A stretch of 64,000 nucleotides of DNA, from contig JBGQKI010000010.1 in NCBI GenBank assembly GCA_041499475.1, forward strand, positions 1,049 to 65,048, written 5' to 3'. The notes below the pieces were generated by a model. That model ran no database searches, was not told the origin of the DNA, and was given only the letters and a program-made list of their open reading frames with translations. Positions within the stretch are counted from its first letter, which is position 1. Each line of letters opens with the position of its first letter. The stretch comes from Thermoplasmata archaeon. Lineage in GTDB: Archaea > Thermoplasmatota > DTKX01 > DATEUP01. Both the position numbers and the translations under genes were made by a program. Shown one piece after another: positions 28,901 to 37,486 of this stretch.

Positions 28901-29879
28901 CACCGGTGAGGCCGAGGAGCTTGCCGTCCATCAAGATCTGGATGTTGCGGCCCGGGACGGACTCGCTCTTCGAGCCGGAGAGGGTGCCGTAGAAGTGGAT
29001 GGTCTGGTTGACGACGGACGGGTTGATGTCGACGGCGATGGAGAGGGTGGTCTCGCAGGTGGTGTAGACGCGGAACTCCTTGGAGGAGGAAGCGTAGTAG
29101 GTGAAGTTGTTGCCGGCCGTCTGGTTGTCGAACACGACGCGCAGGAGGTGGCCGCCGCAGCCGTAGTCGGGCAGGCGGGGGATGAAGAACGAGAAGGTGC
29201 CGTTGGCGAAGCGGAACGGCTGGGGGATCGGAGACGACGAGTTGCCGGTGATGACGGGGGCGCCGACGTCGAGGGGGATGGTGTCGTAGAAAAGTTGGAG
29301 GGTTTGGTTGGCGACGCCGAGGTCGAGGTCGGTCGACGCGTTGATGGACTTGTTACCGACGGTGGTCTCGAAGAGCTTGGCGGAGAAGAAGAACGGGGTG
29401 GAGGTGTTGTTGGCAAGGCCGACGGCGTTGAGGAAGCCGGAGGCAAGGTCGGCGTCGGTGGGGACCTGGACCATGCCGGCCTGGTCCTTGACGAAGAGGA
29501 TGATGGAGGTGTCGGAGCCCACGGTAATGGAGAGCGGGACGGGGGCAAATGCGGCACTGGCATACCACCAATTGGTGGGGGCGGACGGGGCGGCCCCGTT
29601 GAGCGGGGGGACGTCGATGCCGAGGGTGGAGCCGCGCGCGTCGGGGATGCTGGCGGTGGGAGAGTCGGCGGGAGGCAGGAGGGCGGGGAGGGGGTCGGCC
29701 GCGGCGGGCGGAAGGGCAAGGGGGGGCGAGGGGGTGCCGGCGGCGGTGGAGGGCGAGGTGGCGGGGGCGGTGAGGGCGTTCAGGGCCGGGGGCGGCGAAA
29801 TCGTCGACAGAGGCAGCCCGGCCGCGACGAGGGAGAAATTCATGAGGACGCAGAGAACCAGGGCGCCAAACCTTCGCAC
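25941..29879 (-). CDS. Giant (about 1312 aa) surface protein: signal peptide, Pro-rich linker, MAM/adhesin-like domain, multiple Ig-like repeats, TM, DUF4129-like cytoplasmic domain
   Basis: GTG 29879 with GGAGGT SD; FSDDFED...WLVSPSIDL...DYLEVAASTNGGKTW; repeated G.L.D..G.P...V.I Ig-like units; TM LIYIAVAAVGTIFAGAFYVLW; AIFEAY...SETFREF...EEARYS. Confidence 0.85.
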   Translation of the reverse strand: MRRFGALVLCVLMNFSLVAAGLPLSTISPPPALNALTAPATSPSTAAGTPSPPLALPPAAADPLPALLPPADSPTASIPDARGSTLGIDVPPLNGAAPSAPTNWWYASAAFAPVPLSITVGSDTSIILFVKDQAGMVQVPTDADLASGFLNAVGLANNTSTPFFFSAKLFETTVGNKSINASTDLDLGVANQTLQLFYDTIPLDVGAPVITGNSSSPIPQPFRFANGTFSFFIPRLPDYGCGGHLLRVVFDNQTAGNNFTYYASSSKEFRVYTTCETTLSIAVDINPSVVNQTIHFYGTLSGSKSESVPGRNIQILMDGKLLGLTGAGAFVDDVIVTGTPFSDDFEDLNQSHWNQTGAGIGTWKVGELTNPNGPANPTIPGSVHLAGAGLEGDYGKGLDTWLVSPSIDLTATSDPYPTASFFFAYQLAFDDYLEVAASTNGGKTWLNNSLLSATATSGVVTSQPDLAGRPTWLGGSLNLTYFIGAPSVVIGFHLKSVDHTAVTTGAGAFTFSFTVPGDTPAATHVIVARFSEGIPFDLADGVTPVTSPRWDLAYQASDSKEQIRLDVQRRAHFVFDLAEADKIGFRGKALTIAGRLLDNTGQPLSPDPLNPLDRIQVHIEWDPDWNDQFDIPAVLQDKKEVDSDGKFDLGYVVAIPQNLGLHNVTFTFAGSRFYTNAVGVDVYRLMGHTYVTWPAESDRWVYRAHTAKVTGEIRIIPSESRYDRQRGDPVDGELIRLRWDVGGDDDSEIPDGQVGTNTNSTGGFVATKDVRFDAVLGKKLVQLTYPGSDTFTALSSNINWSVVSEVIIQFTNVSVYKGSYLWLNGTMLDDRGVGIDKQTVQIFLDFEQVAVVSTNPDGTYSVAHAIPTDMTVGSKQVLLRFNGNPIYRANETISQVTVKAHTRIDRADHSQLFDRGKNLNVSAVLYEVYEGNIAGTAVGQEGVGIRIQDRQLTQQRTNSEGKVNFRSSVPADLPWGQTILAFEYNGSEFYDSALNETPIVIRGQAVVSFLTETFTLNGAPFNISSDVVHQQEELSGFLQVTDELGVPLGSGDIRLFYAVQSGAGVLEERRFVEAGSIDDLGRFEFNVTWEDFVVGNRSLVGVFNGSFCPTFINLRTLCLRGGEGNVTVKYEYRQAPPVPVDNTLIYIAVAAVGTIFAGAFYVLWYTAKQRQLQKMQRIIRRAADRLVAGNTYAQAIFEAYRSLARFLQTNGYLRKDSETFREFEIALRQALPIDAKSMDEFLSILEEARYSDHEIGAEQKDRAVATLRAVSASIEQVLLTGQGAVASPPPAAPPPPPPPPTAPLEPGAPPPT

Positions 29880-30126
29880 GCGGGGACCTCCGGGGGTGAA
29901 TTTTGGCAGTTGGACAGCGGAGAGCAAACGCTTTTTGATTTCATCACGGCCAGTCAGGATAATCGGCGCGGGAATTGCCGGCTTGGATGGAGGGTACCAT
30001 ATAAAAGCGTTCCTAACGCGTTGACTCAAACTTCCCGCCGGATGCGGATGCTGGCTCGCCCCAACGGAATAGGGAGGGCGAAAACTTGTAAAGCGCGCGT
30101 CTGAAAAAATTTCAAGGGGAGCGTCC

Positions 30127-30981
30127 TTGGGGCGGCGGGGTGGGGGCGTGCGGTCGTTCGTGCGCTCGGTGGCTTTCCAAGTGGAGGAGGGCGAGCCCGA
30201 CAAAGTGTTCGTGTTCAGCGACGACCTTGGGTTCGTGGAGGAGTTGTTGGGGGAAGTCGGGCCGGTGCCGGTGCTCGTGGCGACCTCGAGCGAGCGGGTG
30301 GAGCGGGCGATGGAGCGCCGGGGGGTGCCGACGGAGCGTTCGACAAAGCCGGCGGAGGGGGGCTTCGAGGTGCTCGAGCAGGCGGGGTCGCTCGTTTCGC
30401 GGGCATTGGCCTCCGGGCTGATCGACGGCGGCGAGCGGGTGCTCTGCGCAGTCTACACGGGCCTGCACGCGACATTCCTCTTCAATGTGGACGAGATCGG
30501 GCTTGTGAACCTCCGCAAGGAAGTGGGAGCGGCGGTGCCCCAGGAGCTCTTGGAGGTGGTCATGCAGATGGCCTTCGAGGTGGCAAGGGAAGGGAGGGAA
30601 GGCAGCCACGTGGGGGCGCTTTTCGTGCTGGGGGACAGCGCGGCGGTGATGGCGCACTCGCGCGCGCGGATCATCAACCCGTTCCACGGGCATGGCCGGG
30701 AGAGCCGGCTCGTGTACGGCAAGGAGAACCGGCAGACGATCAAGCAGTATGCGCAGCTCGACGGGGCGACGGTGGTCGACGAGGAGGGGCAGGTGGTGGC
30801 GGCGGGGCGCTACATCCAGATCAATTGGGATGTGTACTTGCAGGGAGGGCTCGGAGGGAGGCACCTGGCGGGCGCCTCGATCTCGAAGGACACGCGGGCG
30901 GTGGCGGTCGTGGTGTCCTCGTCGAACGTGATACGGGTGTTCAAGGCGGGGCGGGAGATCTACCGGGTGAACGCAACATGA
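30127..30981 (+). CDS. dacZ: Diadenylate cyclase (DacZ type; c-di-AMP synthase)
   Basis: AREGREGSHVGALFVLGD, NPFHG, AQLDGATVVD (DGA), GLGGRHLAGASIS, AVVVSSS; N-terminal extra domain; start TTG 30127 uncertain. Confidence 0.88.
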   Translation: MGRRGGGVRSFVRSVAFQVEEGEPDKVFVFSDDLGFVEELLGEVGPVPVLVATSSERVERAMERRGVPTERSTKPAEGGFEVLEQAGSLVSRALASGLIDGGERVLCAVYTGLHATFLFNVDEIGLVNLRKEVGAAVPQELLEVVMQMAFEVAREGREGSHVGALFVLGDSAAVMAHSRARIINPFHGHGRESRLVYGKENRQTIKQYAQLDGATVVDEEGQVVAAGRYIQINWDVYLQGGLGGRHLAGASISKDTRAVAVVVSSSNVIRVFKAGREIYRVNAT

Positions 30982-31301
30982 GGCGCGGCGGCGGGAGGCA
31001 AACGCAGGACGGAGGCGTAACGGTGGAGCGGGTGCACCTCGTGTTTGAGGGGCGGGTGCAGGGCGTTTTTTTCCGCGCGAACACGCGGCGCATCGCGCGG
31101 GAGCTGGGGCTCACAGGCTGGGTGAAGAACCTGCCCGACGGGAGCGTTGAGGCGGTGGTGGAAGGCAGCCGCGCGGCGGTGAAGGAGCTGATTGTCCGGC
31201 TGGGCGCGGAAGTGCAGGCGGCGAAAGTCAAGCGAGTAAAGCAGGAGTGGACGGAAGGCGAGAAGGAGTTCAGCGCTTTCGAAGTGCGGGGCGACTTCTA
31301 G
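30978..31301 (+). CDS. acyP: Acylphosphatase
   Basis: GRVQGVFFR and GWVKNLPDGSVEAVVEG; ATGA overlap with dacZ (alternative GTG 31023). Confidence 0.92.
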   Translation: MRRGGGRQTQDGGVTVERVHLVFEGRVQGVFFRANTRRIARELGLTGWVKNLPDGSVEAVVEGSRAAVKELIVRLGAEVQAAKVKRVKQEWTEGEKEFSAFEVRGDF

Positions 31302-31779
31302 AGGGGACGCTCAAGAGTACGCGGCCGAGGGCCGCGCGGAAGAGGAGCGCGTCGGCGAGCATGCGGTCGTGGTCGAAGGCGAGGCCCTCGGTGCGAGCGC
31401 GTGAAATGGAGAGGAAGCGGGCGGAGGCGGCGTCGTCGCCTGCGCGCAGGCGCCCGCCGGTGCGCTCGATAAGGTACGCGGCCGTGCAGGTCGGGCCGCG
31501 CGGGTCGCGCCCCGGCTCGGAGTAGACGCCGACAAGGCCGGTGATCCGGCCCGTAAGCCCGGTCTCCTCTGCAAGTTCGCGCAGCGCGGCGTCTTCGCAG
31601 GACTCGCGGCCTTCGACAAAGCCGCCGGGCAGCGCGAAGCTCCCTTTGAAGGGGGGGTTGCCGCGCCGGACGAGCAGGACACGGTCGGTCGAAAAGACGA
31701 CGGCGTCGGCGGTGAGCGCGTGGCGCGGCCGGCCGTCGGGCCCGAGCGGAATGCGCGAGGCGGGCGTGCGCGCGGACAT
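31270..31779 (-). CDS. Nudix hydrolase (ADP-ribose pyrophosphatase-like)
   Basis: ALPGGFVEGRESCEDAALRELAEETGL Nudix box, VYSEPGRDPRG, AFDH. Confidence 0.92.
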   Translation of the reverse strand: MSARTPASRIPLGPDGRPRHALTADAVVFSTDRVLLVRRGNPPFKGSFALPGGFVEGRESCEDAALRELAEETGLTGRITGLVGVYSEPGRDPRGPTCTAAYLIERTGGRLRAGDDAASARFLSISRARTEGLAFDHDRMLADALLFRAALGRVLLSVPSRSRPALRKR

Positions 31780-31784
31780 GGGGG

Positions 31785-33041
31785 TCACCGGAGGGGGATG
31801 ACGGGGACGGTGTCGCCGGCCGCGGGGGCGCTCTTGCCCGGCGCGATGGCGATGTAGCCGTCGGCTCCCGAGGCCCCGGTGACGGACATGGAATCTTTGA
31901 CGACCGGTGTGGCGGTGCCCGCGTCGAGCCGGACCAGGATGAGGGTGAGGAAGTCGGGCGGGCTTGCGCGCACATAGTCGGCGACCTCGGCGCTCAGTGT
32001 TGCGCGGGTGGCGGTGAGGGCGGGTGCGTGGGCGCCTTGCAGCGCCCAGAGGATTCGGTCGAGGAAGAGGTGGGCGCCTACCATGCACGAAGTGGGGTTG
32101 CCGGGCAAGCCGAGGACGGGCCTGCCGCTGACGGAGGCAAAGAGGATGGGTTTGCCTGGACGCACCGCGACGCCGTGGAAGATGATGTCGCCGACCTCGA
32201 CGATGGCGGCGGCAAGGAAGTCGTGGCTGCCGGCGCTCGACCCGCCGGTGAAGACGGCGGCGTCGTAGGCGCCGACCTTCGCAAGGGCCGCAGCGACGTC
32301 CTCCTTGATGTCGCGCACGATGGGGTGGCGGTCGGGCAGGCCGCCGCGGGACGCGACAAAGGCGGCGAGCGCGTGCGAATTGGATTCGCGCACGTGGCCG
32401 CCCGTGAGGGGCGTGCCATAGGGCTGGACTTCGTCGCCGGTGGGCACGATGAGGACGCGGGGGCGCGCGCGCACCTCGATTTGGATTAGGTTAGCAGCGG
32501 CGGCGGCGGCGATCTTGGCGGGAGTGAGGATGCTGTTGGCCCCGACGAGGACGTCGCCCGCGCGGTAGTCGCTGCCCTGGCGCGAGACGTGGTCGCCGCG
32601 CGAAGGCGCCCTTGCAAACTCGACGCGGGAACCGTCGGGGTCGACCTTGACCAGCTCGACGGGGACGACCGTGTCGGCGCGCATCGGGAGCTCGGCGCCG
32701 GTGGCGACTTCGACGCAGGCCAAGCTCTCGAGCGTCCGCGCGAACGGCGCGCCGGCAAGTGCCTTGCCAACGACCTTGAAGGTGCGGGTCTGGCCGGGCT
32801 CGAGCCCTTGGAAATCCACGGAGGCGACGGCAAAGCCGTCCATGCGGGAGCGGTCGGAGCCGGGCGCGTCCTCGGGGGCGTGGACCTCGTCGGCCACGAC
32901 GCGGCCGACGACGGCGGCAAGCTCGACGCGCTGGAGGCGGTCGATGGGTTTCACCTCCGATGAGGCAAGGCCGAGCGCCCGCTCGGCGCCCGTCAGATTC
33001 TCGAGGGGGTGCATTCCGCTGGCATCGTCCATCGTCTTCAC
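31785..33041 (-). CDS. moeA: Molybdopterin molybdenumtransferase
   Basis: SRMDGFAV, VATGAELP, PTGDEV, RESNS, TGGSSAG, VAVRPGKP, GLPGNPTS. Confidence 0.92.
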   Translation of the reverse strand: MKTMDDASGMHPLENLTGAERALGLASSEVKPIDRLQRVELAAVVGRVVADEVHAPEDAPGSDRSRMDGFAVASVDFQGLEPGQTRTFKVVGKALAGAPFARTLESLACVEVATGAELPMRADTVVPVELVKVDPDGSRVEFARAPSRGDHVSRQGSDYRAGDVLVGANSILTPAKIAAAAAANLIQIEVRARPRVLIVPTGDEVQPYGTPLTGGHVRESNSHALAAFVASRGGLPDRHPIVRDIKEDVAAALAKVGAYDAAVFTGGSSAGSHDFLAAAIVEVGDIIFHGVAVRPGKPILFASVSGRPVLGLPGNPTSCMVGAHLFLDRILWALQGAHAPALTATRATLSAEVADYVRASPPDFLTLILVRLDAGTATPVVKDSMSVTGASGADGYIAIAPGKSAPAAGDTVPVIPLR

Positions 33042-33625
33042 CGCCGCGCCTCAAACATGAGGTGCTCGAGTTCAGGGAGGATGATCTTGGACATTGCCAT
33101 GCGGGCGGCGCCTTCCGACCCGGGGATGGCGATGACCCACCGGCCCGCGGTGATGCCCGCGACCGAGCGGGTGAGGAGCGCGGCGTTGCCGATCTCCTCG
33201 CGCGACACGGCGCGGAAGACATCGCCCCAGCCATCGGCGCGCTTCTCGATGAGCGGGAGGAGGGCTTCGACGGTCACATCGCTCTGGGTCATCCCCGTGC
33301 CGCCGGTGGTCACCACCACATCGACGCCGGGTGTGAGGAGCGCGTCGCGCACGGCGGCGCGGATCGCGTCGATGTCGTCCTTGACGACCCGGCGGAAGAG
33401 CACGCGGTGCCCGCCTTTCTGAAACGAGGCGGCGATGAGTGCGCCCGAGGTGTCGTTTTCCTCGGTTCGCGTCGAGGAGACGGTGATCACGGCGGCGCCC
33501 GCGGCAAACGCGGCCTTGTGCGCGTCGTGGCGGTGGGCGGCGGGGCCGCTCTGCGCGGGCGGCTCTGCCTGCGCAGGGGCTGCGATTGTGCCCTTGCCCT
33601 TGACCTTTGGTTTCTGCGCAGCCAT
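33038..33625 (-). CDS. moaB: Molybdopterin adenylyltransferase MoaB/MogA family
   Basis: VITVSSTR...DTSG, VVKDD, TTGGTG, DVTVEA, TRSVAG, AIPGS. Confidence 0.92.
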   Translation of the reverse strand: MAAQKPKVKGKGTIAAPAQAEPPAQSGPAAHRHDAHKAAFAAGAAVITVSSTRTEENDTSGALIAASFQKGGHRVLFRRVVKDDIDAIRAAVRDALLTPGVDVVVTTGGTGMTQSDVTVEALLPLIEKRADGWGDVFRAVSREEIGNAALLTRSVAGITAGRWVIAIPGSEGAARMAMSKIILPELEHLMFEARR

Positions 33626-33626
33626 G

Positions 33627-34058
33627 TCAAGCTTCCCCCTTCACCTTGGAGAGCACCTGAATCGACTCGAGGGCGGTCGACGGGTACTGCCCGGCCGGAT
33701 CCTTCTCGAGGTATTTTGTCATGTCCCAAGCGCACAGCAGGGCGGCGGCAACCCCCACGAGCGCCTCCATCTCGACGCCGGTCTTCCAGTGGGCGGCGAC
33801 CTCGACCTCCGCCTCGAGGTGCGTGGCGGTCATGCGGAAGTCGGCGCGGACCGACTCGATGGGGACGGGGTGGCAAAGCGGCAGGAACTCAGGCGTCCGC
33901 TTCACCGCCTGGACGGCAGCGACGCGCGAGACCTCGACAACGTCGCCCTTCTTGATGCGACCGGCGCGGATCGCGGCAAGCGTGGAAGGCTTGAGGCGCA
34001 GGCGGCCGCGCGCGACGGCGCGGCGGGCCACGACTGGCTTGCCGCTCACGTCGATCAT
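33627..34058 (-). CDS. moaC: Cyclic pyranopterin monophosphate synthase
   Basis: MIDVSGK, KKGDV, KRTPEFLPLCHP, KTGVEMEAL, WDMTKYLEKD; ATGA overlap with moaE. Confidence 0.93.
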   Translation of the reverse strand: MIDVSGKPVVARRAVARGRLRLKPSTLAAIRAGRIKKGDVVEVSRVAAVQAVKRTPEFLPLCHPVPIESVRADFRMTATHLEAEVEVAAHWKTGVEMEALVGVAAALLCAWDMTKYLEKDPAGQYPSTALESIQVLSKVKGEA

Positions 34059-34561
34059 GCCTTTGGCCGGGCGCGCTTGCTTGGCGGGCGCGAGACCACC
34101 TCCTTGACGGCCATTTCGCCGACGACCCACCGGGCGCCGCCCCCGACGAAGACTTCCTTCTTCCAGATGGGGACGGTCTGCTTCATCTCGGCGATGGCGA
34201 AGGCGGCCGCCTGCAGGGCGGCGCCGCGGTGCGGCGCGGCAACCACGCACATCACGACGTCTTCCCCGACGGCGAAGTTGCCGACGCGGTGGTGGAGGAG
34301 GAGGTCGGCAATGTCGAAGCGTTGGAGCGCGGCCCTGCGGACCTCGCCGAGCTTGGCAAGCGCCATCTGGGGATAGGCCTCGTACTCCAGGCGCTTGACC
34401 TTCTTGCGCCCGCCGCCGTGGGGGGAGGAGCGCACGGTGCCGAGGTAGACGAGGAGCGCGCCGCAGTCGGCGCGGCGCAGCGCGTCGGTGGCGCGCTGCA
34501 CATCGAAGCGGCCCCGCGTCAGGGTGACGCGGGGAATGCGGGGCGAGGGGCGCGCGGGCAC
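34055..34561 (-). CDS. moaE: Molybdopterin synthase catalytic subunit
   Basis: CGALLVYLGTVR, LEYEAYPQMA, HHRVG, AAPHRGAA, MKQTVPIWKKE; GTG 34561 about 27 nt below a TATA-like element. Confidence 0.92.
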   Translation of the reverse strand: MPARPSPRIPRVTLTRGRFDVQRATDALRRADCGALLVYLGTVRSSPHGGGRKKVKRLEYEAYPQMALAKLGEVRRAALQRFDIADLLLHHRVGNFAVGEDVVMCVVAAPHRGAALQAAAFAIAEMKQTVPIWKKEVFVGGGARWVVGEMAVKEVVSRPPSKRARPKA

Positions 34562-34715
34562 AAGGCGAAAGGAGCCGCAGGGACGGGCAAATACCTTTGC
34601 GCGGCGCACGGCGCCTTTCGAAGCTTGTCCGGCCAAGGGCGCGGCGCGCAAACGATTGAGTGCAAACCTTCTTGCGGGCCGCACGAATGTACGCCCCCCA
34701 CGGGGGATCCACCCT

Positions 34716-35159
34716 ATGCTCGACGACCTCGACCGGCAGATCCTGCGGCTGCTCACGAAGAACGCGCGGCTCTCGTTCCGCGAAATTGCGGTGAAAATCG
34801 GGGTGTCGACCTCGACGGTTTCGGCGCGGGTGAAGCGCCTGGAGGACAGCCACCTGGTGCGCGGCTACATCCCCGACATCGACTCGCGGGCGATGGGGTA
34901 TGAACTCACGGCGATCATCGGCTTGCGCATCGCCCACGGCAAGCTGCTCGATGTGCAGCGGTCGGTGGCCAAGGACGAGCGCGTGTTTGCCGTGTACGAC
35001 ACGACGGGGGAGTGGGACTCGTTCATCCTCGCGCGGTTCAAGGGGACGCGCGACCTTGACAATTTCGTGAAGAAGGTGCTTGCGATCCCCGATGTGGAGC
35101 GGACGAACACGAATGTCGTGTTGAACACCGTGAAGGAAGAGCTGCGCGTTTCGGTGTAG
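34716..35159 (+). CDS. Lrp/AsnC family transcriptional regulator
   Basis: LDDLDRQILRLLTKNARLSFREIAVKIGVSTSTVSARVKRLE HTH; VYDTTGEWD; TNTNVVL RAM domain. Confidence 0.95.
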   Translation: MLDDLDRQILRLLTKNARLSFREIAVKIGVSTSTVSARVKRLEDSHLVRGYIPDIDSRAMGYELTAIIGLRIAHGKLLDVQRSVAKDERVFAVYDTTGEWDSFILARFKGTRDLDNFVKKVLAIPDVERTNTNVVLNTVKEELRVSV

Positions 35160-35170
35160 GGGGCCGCGCC

Positions 35171-35785
35171 GTGGCAGGAGAGGAGGCGCGGGAGCGCGAG
35201 CGCCTGGCGATCGAGCGGATGTACCTGAAGGCGCCGGACGCCTACGGCCAGTCGGGTTTCCACGGGGACGCCGCGCGGTGGGAGGCGCTGCGCCGGCCGG
35301 TGACAAAGGCCGTGGACCGCGACGGCAGTTTCCTCGACATTGGCTGCGCGAACGGGCTGCTCCTCGAGTCGGCGCTGGGGTGGGCCGCAAGCGACGGGCA
35401 CAAGGTCGTGCCCTACGGGCTCGACCACTCGGAGGCGCTCGTGGAACTTGCCCGCGTGCGGTTGGAGGGCAAGGGTGGGGAACTTTTCGTCGGCGACGCG
35501 CAGACGTGGGCGCCGCCCCGCCGCTTCGACTTCGTGCGGACGGAACTCGTGTATGTGTCGGGTGCGGATCGAAGGTCGTACACCGAGCGGCTCGTGTCCG
35601 AGTTCCTCGCACCCCGGGGCCGCCTCATTGTCGCATCGTACGGGACGCGCGGGGGCATTCCAGCGGCTGAGCCCGTGGGCGAACTCCTCCGTTCCTGGGG
35701 ATTCGAAGTCGAAGGCGCGACCGAGGGCACCGACCCTTGGAGCGGCAAGACGCTCACGCGCGTCGCATGGTTCGGACGGCGCTAG
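35171..35785 (+). CDS. Class I SAM-dependent methyltransferase
   Basis: FLDIGCANG motif I, GLDHS, VGDA, FDFV, PRGRLIV. Confidence 0.85.
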   Translation: MAGEEARERERLAIERMYLKAPDAYGQSGFHGDAARWEALRRPVTKAVDRDGSFLDIGCANGLLLESALGWAASDGHKVVPYGLDHSEALVELARVRLEGKGGELFVGDAQTWAPPRRFDFVRTELVYVSGADRRSYTERLVSEFLAPRGRLIVASYGTRGGIPAAEPVGELLRSWGFEVEGATEGTDPWSGKTLTRVAWFGRR

Positions 35786-36471
35786 CGGGAGCCGTAGGGG
35801 CCCGAGGCGGCCGCGCGGATCGCGCGGATGTTGTCGGCGACGGGGCGTTCGTTGTAGACGGCGTTGCCGGCGACAAGGATGTTCGCGCCGGCCATGGCCG
35901 CAAGCGGCGCGGTCTCGACGGTGATGCCGCCGTCGGCCTCGATGTCGAAGGCGAGTCCCCGGCTCTTGCGCATCGCTTCGGCGGCCTCGAACTTGGGGAT
36001 GACCGAGCGGACGAATTTCTGGCCGCCGAAGCCCGGGTTGACGGTCATCAGGAGGAGCATGTCAGCGTCCTGCGCAATGACCTCGGCGTTTCCAAGGGGC
36101 GAATGCGGGTTGAGCGCGACGCCGGCTTTCAGCCCGTTATCATGAATGAGCGCGACGGTGCGGTGCAGGTGCGTGCAGGCCTCCGCGTGGACGGTGATGT
36201 GGTTGGCACCCGCTTTGGCAAAGAGGGGGATGAAGGCGTCGGGGTCCTCTATCATGAGGTGGCAGTCGAACGGGAGCTTGGTGTGGCCGCGCAGCGCCGC
36301 GACCATGGCGGGCCCCATGGTGAGGTTGGGGACGAAGTGGCCGTCCATGATGTCGATGTGGATGAGGTCGGCGCCGCCCTTCTCGGCGGCCTCGACGGCG
36401 GCGCCCATCGCCGCAAAGTCGGCCGAGAGGATCGATGGCGCGATCTTGACGGGGCGCGGCAGCGGAGCCAC
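35782..36471 (-). CDS. rpe: Ribulose-phosphate 3-epimerase
   Basis: IAPSILSADF, HIDIMDGHFVPNLTMG, DCHLMI, GVALNP, MTVNPGFGGQ, EADGGI, VAGNA. Confidence 0.95.
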   Translation of the reverse strand: MAPLPRPVKIAPSILSADFAAMGAAVEAAEKGGADLIHIDIMDGHFVPNLTMGPAMVAALRGHTKLPFDCHLMIEDPDAFIPLFAKAGANHITVHAEACTHLHRTVALIHDNGLKAGVALNPHSPLGNAEVIAQDADMLLLMTVNPGFGGQKFVRSVIPKFEAAEAMRKSRGLAFDIEADGGITVETAPLAAMAGANILVAGNAVYNERPVADNIRAIRAAASGPYGSR

Positions 36472-36606
36472 CTCGCGCGGGGATCGGCGCACGGGAATAT
36501 AGTCAGCGGGGGCGGTCGGGCCAACGTGGCGGGGCGCGTGCGGCACGAATGGCGACTCCCACTTCCTTCGGCGGTCCGCCCGAAACGGTCGGGTGCATGC
36601 GTCGGG

Positions 36607-37044
36607 TTGAAGCTCCGGCGCCCCCTGCCGTTGGAAACCGAAGCGCTAGGAGCGTTGCTCTTCGATGCCTACCGCGGCACCGTCAATGACGAAGGGGAGG
36701 ACTTGCCCGCGGCGGTGGCGGAGGCGGAGGGGTACTTCGCGGGGAAGCACGGCAGGCCGATGCCCGACTCCTCGGTGGTCGCGTGGCGGGGCGACCTGCC
36801 GGTCGGCGGATGTTTTGTCGGGTGGTGGGCGGCGCGCGACTGCCCATTCATCGTGTTCGTGGCCGTGCGCGAGGAATCGAGAGGTGTCGCCGTAGGGCGG
36901 CTCGTGCTTGGCGAATCGGTGCGCCGCCTGGGGCGGGACGGCGAGCGGGAAGTGCGGGCGGTAATCACGAAAGGGAATGGCGCGTCGCGGACGCTTTTCC
37001 ACGCCTGCGGCTTTGAGGACCTCGGCCCCACCGAGCCGCGTTAG
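36607..37044 (+). CDS. GNAT family acetyltransferase
   Basis: FVAVREESRGVAVG (motif A) and VITKGNGASRTLFHACGF (motif B); TTG start inferred. Confidence 0.8.
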   Translation: MKLRRPLPLETEALGALLFDAYRGTVNDEGEDLPAAVAEAEGYFAGKHGRPMPDSSVVAWRGDLPVGGCFVGWWAARDCPFIVFVAVREESRGVAVGRLVLGESVRRLGRDGEREVRAVITKGNGASRTLFHACGFEDLGPTEPR

Positions 37045-37460
37045 AGGGTAACCTCGGTGTTCACAAGGAGCGCGCGCACCGTACCGTCGTCCTTCGTCTC
37101 GCGCACCACGCGAAGGAGCACGGCGCGCGCGTCGTTCTCGGCGATGTACGCCATCCACATGATGACCTCGTTGTCTTCGGCGCCGACGCGCTTCTTGGCG
37201 CCCTGCTTTTCGAGCAGGCGGTTGGCAAGGTCGGCGAGGTCGAAGTTCGAGAGGCGCGCGGTGTGGGACTGGGAGCCCACGGCGTCGTTCCAGCGCTTGG
37301 CGACCTCTGCGGAAAGTGCCGAAAGGAACATGGATTCCTTTACGGGGATGTCGCCCTTCTTGTAGACCTCGACGTCGGTGCCGCGGGGGAACTGGTTGGG
37401 GTTTTCGGAGAATCCGTAATAGGCGCGGGCCGCTTTGCGGGCGACATCGAGGCGCGCCAT
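37041..37460 (-). CDS. Hypothetical protein (139 aa), probably co-transcribed with the NGG-repeat gene
   Basis: Globular-looking ORF with coding-like codon use, starting 26 nt after the upstream stop. Confidence 0.7.
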   Translation of the reverse strand: MARLDVARKAARAYYGFSENPNQFPRGTDVEVYKKGDIPVKESMFLSALSAEVAKRWNDAVGSQSHTARLSNFDLADLANRLLEKQGAKKRVGAEDNEVIMWMAYIAENDARAVLLRVVRETKDDGTVRALLVNTEVTL

Positions 37461-37486
37461 CCGATCCCGGGGCGTTGGAACGGAAT

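Noticed and set aside
29880-30126. 250-bp AT-richer spacer as oriC
   Set aside because: No ORB repeats or adjacent cdc6. It is explained by divergent promoters, and the genes to its left already show the right-hand strand bias.
34059-35612. 661-aa 'MoaC fusion' suggested by the ORF track (33627-35612)
   Set aside because: Only the last 143 aa are MoaC. The upstream part overlaps moaE, lrp and the methyltransferase and is non-coding in that frame.
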